A stretch of DNA of 20,000 nucleotides. Origin: Elsinoe ampelina (Eukaryota). Of this stretch, positions 12,980 to 20,000 are shown one piece after another; position 1 is the first letter of the stretch; each line of letters begins with the position of its first letter. The notes below the pieces were generated by a model. The model saw only the letters and a list, made by a program, of their open reading frames with translations, ran no database searches and was not told the origin of the DNA. The translations under genes and the position numbers were made by a program. Location: the NCBI GenBank assembly GCA_010093995.1, contig ML992507.1, forward strand, positions 116,266 to 136,265. The letters run 5' to 3'.

Positions 12980-13135
12980 AACGCCCGTCCCCACCTCTCC
13001 CCGTTGCGCTTGGATCACAATGCCTAATCAGCGCAAACCCCTCCAGGGGCGCCCTCCTGCAGATTCGATCAAAACTGCTGGGCTACCCACCACCCCCATC
13101 CCTCCGGTGTAGTCACCGTCGCTCCTTCACCTACC

Positions 13136-14875
13136 ATGGCCATCTCACCGAATGACTTCCGCCCGCAGCTCCTCGGCCGCGTTCGCCCGCCCGTGGTGTT
13201 CTTCCTCCTGCTCGTCATCATCGCCGGATTCTGGGCGGCCCGGAGCTCTCACGTCTCGTCCGTCACGGACGGGAGATTCGGGCTCCAAGGCGTCAAAGCC
13301 ATCGCTGCATCATGGCAAGGCAAGGCCGTCAAAGGGATGCCGCTCCTCAATGGCGCGGTGTACGACGAAGACGTGACGGACCCGGAGTGGCATCCCATCA
13401 AAGTCTTGCACGAGGCTGCGTTGGCAAAGTATCATGAGATGCTGAACCGGCAGTCGAAAACGCTCGAGGAGGCGGTCGAGGAGTATATTCGACGGTATGG
13501 ACGGAATCCGCCACCGGGGTTCGACGAGTGGTATCAGTTTGCCAAGGGGAGGAATTCGAGGATCATTGATGATTATGACTTGCTCAATGAGAACATGGAA
13601 CCGTTTTGGAGGGTGAAGCCTGAGGTGTTGAGGGAGGCGCCGGGGAAGTTGATCGGGGGGGATTGGTTGTGGAGGTTGACGATTAAGGATGGGCAGGCTA
13701 TCGATGGGGAGTGGATGGGGGATGAGATTAGGAGTTTGCTGGCCGAGGTCTTGCCTAGTATCCCGGATTTGGATATCTTATTGAATCCCCTGGATGAGCC
13801 CAGGATTGTGGCGCCAAAGGATGCGGAGATGGACTCACTGGATGATTTTCGCTGGATCGAAACTTCGCAGCAGCCGGCTTGGGATGTCATTTCTGCTCCT
13901 TGTGAAGCGACGGGACCGTCACGGCCGAAGAAGGACGACGTCAATACCCACGGTCTGCCTTTCATCCTTGACCGCGCCTCTGGTATGGACATATGCCTCA
14001 ACCCGGCACTCGCACTTCAACACGGCTTCTTCATCTCCCCCACCCACCTTATCACCACCGACTCTCCGCTCCCAATCCTCTCCCAAGCCGCCCCCTCCAC
14101 CTTCGGCGACATCCTCGCCCCGTCCTTCGCCTACTGGGCTCCCAACTTCGCCTACGACGAATCCTTCGACATACCATGGAAAGAAAAGTCCACCAAACTG
14201 TACTGGGCCGGGTCTACCACAGGTCTTTACAACGGGCCTCCCCTCAACTCCTCCTCCCCACCCACCGAGTCCCACCGCCACCGCCTCATCTCCCTTACCC
14301 ACAACCTCAACCCCCACCGCTCCTACGTCTACCTAACCCGCCCCACCCGCTCCGCCACCTGGACCCGCTACCTCTCCTCCGAACCCATGGTCGCCCTCTA
14401 CAACACCACCTTCACCAACATCGTGCAATGCGAGCCAGAAACCTGCGACTTCATTGAAGACTACTACGGTCTCGGCCCGCATCAAGACCAGCACCGGTCC
14501 CTACGCTACAAGTTCCAGATGGATTTGGACGGCAACTCCTTCTCCGGCCGCTTCTACCGCCTGCTCGGCAGTAGGTCGTGTCCGTTGAAAATGACGGTCT
14601 TCAGGGAGTGGCACGATGACCGGCTTGTGCCGTGGGTGCATTATGTCCCGATTAGTGTAGGAATGGAGGAGTTACCCGAGACGATGCGGTATTTGGGACT
14701 TACCGAGGAGGGGGAGCGGATTGCGCATAGTATTGCTGAGGCGGGGAGGGAGGCATTTGCGAACACGATTAGGAAGGAGGACATGGCGGTTTATTTGTTT
14801 AGGTTGTTTTTGGAATTTGCGAGGGTCAGTAGTGATGAGAGGGAGGGGGAGGTTGGGGGGAGAGTGCTTTATTGA
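13136..14875 (+). CDS. Glycosyltransferase family 90, CAP10/Cxt1-like (putative xylosyltransferase), type II membrane protein, 579 aa, apparently intronless
   Basis: N-terminal anchor VVFFLLLVIIAGFWAA. CAP10-family motifs: QSKTLEEAVEEYIRRYGRNPPPGFDEWY, LNPLDEPR, PWKEKSTKLYWAGSTTG, YKFQMDLDGNSFSGRFYRLL, FREWHDDRLVPWVHYVP and RKEDMAVYLFRLFLEFAR. The donor sugar is inferred from the family only. Confidence 0.9.
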   Translation: MAISPNDFRPQLLGRVRPPVVFFLLLVIIAGFWAARSSHVSSVTDGRFGLQGVKAIAASWQGKAVKGMPLLNGAVYDEDVTDPEWHPIKVLHEAALAKYHEMLNRQSKTLEEAVEEYIRRYGRNPPPGFDEWYQFAKGRNSRIIDDYDLLNENMEPFWRVKPEVLREAPGKLIGGDWLWRLTIKDGQAIDGEWMGDEIRSLLAEVLPSIPDLDILLNPLDEPRIVAPKDAEMDSLDDFRWIETSQQPAWDVISAPCEATGPSRPKKDDVNTHGLPFILDRASGMDICLNPALALQHGFFISPTHLITTDSPLPILSQAAPSTFGDILAPSFAYWAPNFAYDESFDIPWKEKSTKLYWAGSTTGLYNGPPLNSSSPPTESHRHRLISLTHNLNPHRSYVYLTRPTRSATWTRYLSSEPMVALYNTTFTNIVQCEPETCDFIEDYYGLGPHQDQHRSLRYKFQMDLDGNSFSGRFYRLLGSRSCPLKMTVFREWHDDRLVPWVHYVPISVGMEELPETMRYLGLTEEGERIAHSIAEAGREAFANTIRKEDMAVYLFRLFLEFARVSSDEREGEVGGRVLY

Positions 14876-15042
14876 TCAAGGGGAAGGAGGGATGGGGAGC
14901 AGGGCATGGCGTGGCGTTTGGGTTGGATGAATAGCATTGTCGCGCGGGTATTTTTGTGGCTGAATGTCAAGAATAATCAGACCCGAATGTGGCAAACCGT
15001 CCTCCATGGGGCAAAATCTTCTCATCTCCAACACGTGGGTCT

Positions 15043-16126
15043 TCACTGCTTCCTGTCCTCATATCTCACAAGCTGCATCTCATTCCCCTCCGGCCTCGCC
15101 CCCGAATGCGCCACCCCAGTGGCAAACGCATCAATCGGCAAGACCAACACATCCCCAAATATCTTCGGCCGCTCCAACATGCTAAACTCCTTCCAATCCA
15201 CCTCCCTCCCCAGGATCTTCTCTATCCCTTCCTTGACAGCCTCCGTAAAAATCTAACCCCCGTCAGTCCCTCCACCACCCAGCTTCTTCCCCAGCAACAA
15301 AACTCACCTTCGACCCCACCACCTCTCTTACCAGCTCCTCCCCCTCCCCCCCACCCTCCCGTCCCACCGCCTCCAACCCCTCCCTCACCCTCCCCACCAC
15401 CCTCTCCCTCACCCCCTCCATCACAGCATGTCCCCCCCTACTCCCCACCGTCCACGTCGCAAACTCCACGGGCCAACCCCTCCCCTCCTCCCCCTCCCCC
15501 TCCCCATCGCGCCCATCATACCCCACCCCGACCACCATCCCCACCCTGCCTGGATCCCTGCCCGCATCCGCCGCATCCGCCGCATCCCCAGACGACCCGG
15601 CCCCTCCCCCCCCTCGCGTCCACAGGTCGATGGACACGAGACACTCGGTGCCCTCGTCGGCCCAGACCCCGCCGTCGGCGGCGAGCGCGAGGTACCGCGC
15701 CATTGCCCGGCGGAGGTCAGGGGAGGTGGTGGCTTCGTACGTGGCGACCAGGTCCGGGCGGTGGGCGTAGCGGTGTTTGACGTAGGGCAGGGTGGAGTTG
15801 GGGGTTAGGCGGGTGTGGGTGTGGTAGGGGTTGCGGGCGGGCCAGGTGAGGGCTGGGAGGGCGAGGGGGGTGTCAGGGGCGGTGGAGGGTTGGGAGGTGG
15901 GGGATGGGGAGAATGTGATGATGCGCCGGGGGATGAGCGGGTTTGGGGTGAGGGTGTAGGGGGTGAGGGAGGAGAGGGAGGGGAGGGGGGAGGAGGGGTG
16001 GAGGGTGGAAAGGGAGATGGTCAGGAGGAGAAGGAGGAGGAAGATGGTGGTGAGGATTATGGGCCGTTTGGTGAGGGGCCGGCGTTGGGGGAAGGTGAGG
16101 TCTTCGTGGGAAATGTAGCGCGGCAT
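15043..16126 (-). CDS. OCH1/HOC1-like glycosyltransferase family 32 protein (alpha-1,6-mannosyltransferase homologue) with divergent catalytic motifs. Exons 16126-15308 and 15252-15043 (342 aa)
   Basis: Signal anchor IILTTIFLLLLLLTISL. GT32-like segments: IPRRI, RRAMARYLALAADGGVWADEGTECLVSIDLW, MVVGVGYD and VEFATWTVGSRGGHAVM. Exon 2, missed by the ORF track, reads IFTEAVKEGIEKILGREVDWKEFSMLERPKIFGDVLVLPIDAFATGVAHSGARPEGNEMQLVRYEDRKQ*; GDVLVLPI is typical of OCH1-like proteins. Confidence 0.85.
15253..15307 (-). other. Intron (55 nt) of the GT32-like gene
   Basis: On the minus strand: AAG|GTGAGT donor at 15307, CTGAC branch at 15266-15262, TAG acceptor ending at 15253. Phase-0 splicing continues into an OCH1-like C-terminus. 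Confidence 0.9.
15562..15587. repeat. Coding tandem repeat of CCGCATCCG (9 nt), about 3 copies, encoding DAADAADA in the GT32 protein
   Basis: Units at 15562-15570, 15571-15579 and a partial unit at 15580-15587. It lies in a low-complexity loop of the GT32-like protein. Confidence 0.8.
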
Positions 16127-17291
16127 TGTGGTGTTGAGGGTGGAGGATGTTTGAGGATTACCTGATCTAGTGGAGGGAGTGGGTAGGGATTATAATGACG
16201 GATCTTGTGCAAGAGACGGGCTTACCTGGTGTGCTGTCTGGACAGATGGTGAAACCCATCAGTGATGAGGCTGGACAGGTGGTGTTTTGTGGTGCGGCTG
16301 GGTACCTTCACTAAGATGAAACCTCTGCTTGACATGTTCACGCCGTTTTAGCCTGAGCAATCGTCCAACCACACTGGATACAGAAGCATGGTAAGGATGC
16401 CTTCTGCTCGTTAGCGTCTCTCTTCGCAATCAATAGGCTATAATCTGCTACATCCTCGTGTTGTGAGGGAGTGGCATGCAGAGGAGCAATTTCTTCGAGA
16501 TGAATAGCCTGTGCTAAGTCCCGCCCATGGAATGCATGAAGACGTGGTCGTCCAGCAGGTATCTTTTGTCGAATCGTCCGTCGTGAGAGAAGGCTGACAA
16601 CGTGTCCAGACTCGTGATAGACTTCTGACCGCGCTCCAGGCGTCTAGTCATAGACCACTTCCATTGATGGCAAGAGTGATCACCAAAACGTACAATCTGA
16701 TGAGATGCGAGTGTTGAGATCTTTGATGAGACAGAAATGGAGTGTAGTGGCGTGATGGAAGCTGGAGTGAAATGTCCACAAATTTTGACTCAACTCAGCT
16801 TCACACTTTATCACTTTCATCGACAAGGCTCGACAACAGGATTTCACCGATATTTCGGAAAAAGAGCAGCGGCCTTTACGAGAGGTTACGATGGACACTT
16901 GGCTCCGTGCAGAGTCCATCCGCAATGATCTGTGCGACGACATTGGCGACGAAGACATACGCTACCCGGTTGCGACACTGTAAAGGTAAATGGGCAAGGT
17001 ATATCGTTTGAGGTGTCTTGTATCAACGCACCCTCTCAAGGTGTTATATCTGCGACAAAAGTCCATCTTCTGATGATAGCTATCTCAACTGACGTGCAGG
17101 CGAGCGCCTCGTCACTATCTCCCCCTTCGCCGTTGAACCCGAATTTCTCTATTGCTCCAACGGCGACCCGCCTCCTTAGACATGCACGAAAACAGCCATC
17201 GCGACAGCGACCTCCTCCCAGCTTATATCCCTCACCGGCCGTGAATTGGCATTCTTCGTGAACCATCTCGCGCCCGGATATCCGAATCATC
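16127..17291. promoter_or_regulatory. Divergent intergenic region (1165 nt) shared by the GT32-like and GT31-like genes
   Basis: The start codons at 16126 (-) and 17292 (+) point away from each other, and no credible coding ORF lies between them. Shared regulation is an inference. Confidence 0.5.
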
Positions 17292-19013
17292 ATGCTTGCA
17301 TCAGCTACTAGCTTGGGTTCTACCCATGCCAGACTCCGGCTGGCCTTGATACTGACCGTGATCCTCGTGGCTTTCGTCTCGATTCTCTCACGGTCCGTCT
17401 TCACTTCGCCACAAATAAAACACATCTGGAAGACAGCATCCTCATTCCGGGCCAAGAACAGTCACGAAGCTGGTCACAAGGCTGCGACCCACGTTGAAGT
17501 CGATGGAAAACACTCGAGTCACCACAGCACGTTAATATCATCAACGGAAGATGACTATGATGGTGATGAGGAATTATCCTACTACGATACACCTGTCAAA
17601 GCATCAGAGCAGGATCTGGACGAAGAGTATAGCTACGAGGGCAGAGGCTACCTGTCTCAGCAACCCACCGCTCCAAAGTCATCGACGTCGGAAGCTGAAG
17701 ATATATGCGCCTCGGCACCGGACTCGAGCAACATCTTCATCTCCATGAAGACTGGCGCATCAGTCCTTCATGCAAAGCTGCCTGCTCACCTCCTTACGCT
17801 CTGGAATTGTATCCACAAAGATCAGATTATGATCTTCTCAGACCTGGAGGACACCTACGCCGGCCACAAGGTTCACGATGCTGTGGCCAATGTCAGCAGC
17901 GTGTTCAAAGACGGCAACGACGACTTTGAGCAGTATCGCCAACTTCAAATGGCTCGTGAGCAGCGCACAGATCCCAACAGCCTCCGTGGCGGCCGGGCCT
18001 GGGAGCTGGACAAGTGGAAATTCTTACCTTTGACCTTCTCGGTGTGGGAACATGCGCCTGCACACATCGAGTGGTTCCTCTTCATCGAGGCCGACACCAG
18101 CGTATCCTGGCTGAACCTACTCCTCTGGCTGAAAACCTGGGACCCCAAGAAGGAGCTCTACATCGGCGCCCCTCGTGTCGTCAACGACGTCGGCTTCGCC
18201 CATGGCGGCAGCGGCTACGTCATGTCACGCCCCGCCCTGGCCAAACTCGCCGCCTTCCGCGAAGAAGAAGATCCCGAAGTCTACGACTACCGCTGGCAAA
18301 ATTTTACCAACACCAACGGGTTCGGAGACGCCATCGTGGCGCGGGCCCTCAAAGAAGTCGGCGTCAAGCTCGAGAATGGCGACCCCTTTGTCCAATCCGA
18401 GCCCCTGCAAACCATCGAGCTCACAGAAGGCAAACTATGCAACCCGGTCGTGACCCTCCACCACGTCGACGGCGTCCTCATCAGCGACCTCTGGCAAATG
18501 CAATCCGACTGGGTGAAGAAATACGGCTGGCACGAACCGTACCTCCGCAAACACATCTTCGACTACTTCATCGCCGACGTCATCGTCGACACGCGGTACG
18601 AGTGGACCAATTTCGCGGACAGGAGACGCCTCATCGCCAACGAATCCGCTTTCGAAGACGAGTTGCGCCGCGACGACTTCATCCTCAAAGAAAAGATGAA
18701 CGAGGCCGAGCAAGCCGCTATCGTGAGCGAGGATAGCTGGGACTGCGTGGAAGCATGTGACAAGTGGGAGGAGTGTATGCAGTGGCAGTGGCGGCCGGGC
18801 AGGTGTTACCTGGGTAGTGATATTAGATTGGGACAGATGTATGTGGAGCGTGATGCGGAGAAGGATCATAAGGATAGGAAGGAGTGGAAGGAACGAGACA
18901 AGGGCAAGGACACGGAGAAGTGGATCTGGACGAGTGGGTGGCACCAGGAGAGGGTGGAGAAGTTGAGGTTGAAGGTGGATACTTGTGCTTGGGATCCGAA
19001 GCCGCATACATGA
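17292..19013 (+). CDS. Fungal glycosyltransferase family 31 (Fringe-like; related to GfsA-type galactofuranosyltransferases), type II membrane protein, 573 aa, apparently intronless
   Basis: Signal anchor LALILTVILVAFVSIL followed by an acidic Ser/His stem. Fungal GT31 motifs: MKTGAS..AKLPAHL, IFSDLE, AWELDKWKFLP, WFLFIEADT..WLNL..WL, LYIG, FAHGGSGYVMS, GDAIVARAL...GV and CNPVVTLHH. C-terminal cysteine module C..C..CMQWQW...C.L...IRLG. Confidence 0.88.
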   Translation: MLASATSLGSTHARLRLALILTVILVAFVSILSRSVFTSPQIKHIWKTASSFRAKNSHEAGHKAATHVEVDGKHSSHHSTLISSTEDDYDGDEELSYYDTPVKASEQDLDEEYSYEGRGYLSQQPTAPKSSTSEAEDICASAPDSSNIFISMKTGASVLHAKLPAHLLTLWNCIHKDQIMIFSDLEDTYAGHKVHDAVANVSSVFKDGNDDFEQYRQLQMAREQRTDPNSLRGGRAWELDKWKFLPLTFSVWEHAPAHIEWFLFIEADTSVSWLNLLLWLKTWDPKKELYIGAPRVVNDVGFAHGGSGYVMSRPALAKLAAFREEEDPEVYDYRWQNFTNTNGFGDAIVARALKEVGVKLENGDPFVQSEPLQTIELTEGKLCNPVVTLHHVDGVLISDLWQMQSDWVKKYGWHEPYLRKHIFDYFIADVIVDTRYEWTNFADRRRLIANESAFEDELRRDDFILKEKMNEAEQAAIVSEDSWDCVEACDKWEECMQWQWRPGRCYLGSDIRLGQMYVERDAEKDHKDRKEWKERDKGKDTEKWIWTSGWHQERVEKLRLKVDTCAWDPKPHT

Positions 19014-19669
19014 TTTCGTTAATTAAGGAGATTGATTTAGATCGACATCAAAGTGCAAACTCCCTATCCGGAGCTGGTGAACCGAGCCGTCTAGTCTCTC
19101 TCAATTCTCTTCCCTCCCTGGTCGGGGGCTGGAAGTGATCTTCCGGTAGCTCCGCAATCCACTACACGTTAGTGCGGCGGAGGAATTTCCAAGCGCCGGT
19201 CTAGCAGCGCCCGGGCGCATGCCTCCAAGCGGCGCAGAAACCCTCAAGTGACCAGCAATGACCTTGATCTGTTCGCAGGCGAATCCTTCCCTGATTTGCC
19301 TATGCTCTGGAAGCTCGACTCAGAGCATACAAAGTTGAAAGGATGGAAGATACACTGCTCGTCACTGGATCGGACCATGATTTGTCGGCGTGGCCAGGGG
19401 GGTAGAGGTGGGGTCAGGTTCAAAGGCGAATGGAAGTATGGACAGTGGCCAACGGCTATGCACGCCGTTTCGTCTCGAGCGCCATGCCTGTATTTCCGGC
19501 GGCGGTAGCGTAGTCAACAGCGGCTGCATGAAAGGTCCATGCTTTGAGGCACATTTTGCAAACCCACATCGCCCCTCATCGACCTGTTGTAATGGAAGGC
19601 TGGTACAGCTTCTCTGGTACTGAAGAACTGGTACTGATGAGTCAGCGCACGCACAGTAGATAAATCGGT

Positions 19670-20000
19670 TATTATAACTCTCTGAATAAAACACACGTCT
19701 CTCGATCCGATTTGCTAGTTATAATAGGTTATAAGCCCGGCGCTTCTACAAAAGCACTTAAAGCTATAGCAAATTAAGTATATCATTATTAAAAGGATTA
19801 CTAAGCCGCCTACACTGAATTCTGGACTAGCTATATTAAGACAAACACTTGTAGTAGCCCGTATTAACCCTTTAATTAAACGGTTTAAACGGCTTAAACA
19901 AGCTAATTACATTAATTAAATTAACAGGCCTTTAGCTAATTATTATTATTATGTCTAGATTAGCAAAAATGCTCGAGACTTAGATTCTTAAGAGAGAGAG
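19670..20000. repeat. AT-rich, TpA-enriched segment; probable edge of a RIP-mutated repeat or transposon relic
   Basis: Composition shifts sharply from balanced GC to sequence dense in TA, TAA and TAG (ttataataggttataag, ttaattaaattaac, ctaattattattattat) with no ORF. The element type cannot be determined. Confidence 0.6.

Noticed and set aside
14989..15780. 263-aa proline-rich, extensin-like ORF on the plus strand
   Set aside because: It is antisense to the GT32-like gene, and the polyproline content follows directly from the C-rich block.
19150..19182. Small hairpin CTCCGC..CACTA-CACGT-TAGTG..GCGGAG downstream of GT31
   Set aside because: The stems are short and interrupted, with no tRNA or snoRNA motifs, which is compatible with chance.
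19248..19696. Short ORFs between GT31 and the AT-rich segment
   Set aside because: No recognisable protein motifs, and no convincing exon structure could be built.

Overview
Genomic DNA from a filamentous ascomycete (Pezizomycotina-type genes with short GT-AG introns and CTRAY branch sites). All five genes encode glycan-synthesis proteins. The left part holds the known head-to-head pair of myosin-motor chitin synthases. The class VII gene (csmB/chsVb-like) is on the minus strand from 5033 and runs off the left edge, with one intron seen. The class V gene (csmA/chsV-like) is on the plus strand at 6641-12282, with two introns and about 1845 aa. Next come three type II membrane glycosyltransferase genes: a CAP10/Cxt1-like GT90 (13136-14875, +), a spliced OCH1-like GT32 whose catalytic motifs look degenerate (16126-15043, -), and a fungal GT31 of the Fringe/GfsA type (17292-19013, +). 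The last 300 or so bases are AT- and TpA-rich, as expected of a RIP-mutated repeat. Three features stand out: a possible cell-wall or extracellular glycan gene cluster, a candidate GT32 pseudoenzyme, and alternating C-rich/G-rich blocks across the three GT genes that are absent from the chitin synthases. Family calls come from recognising motifs by eye; no database searches were run.
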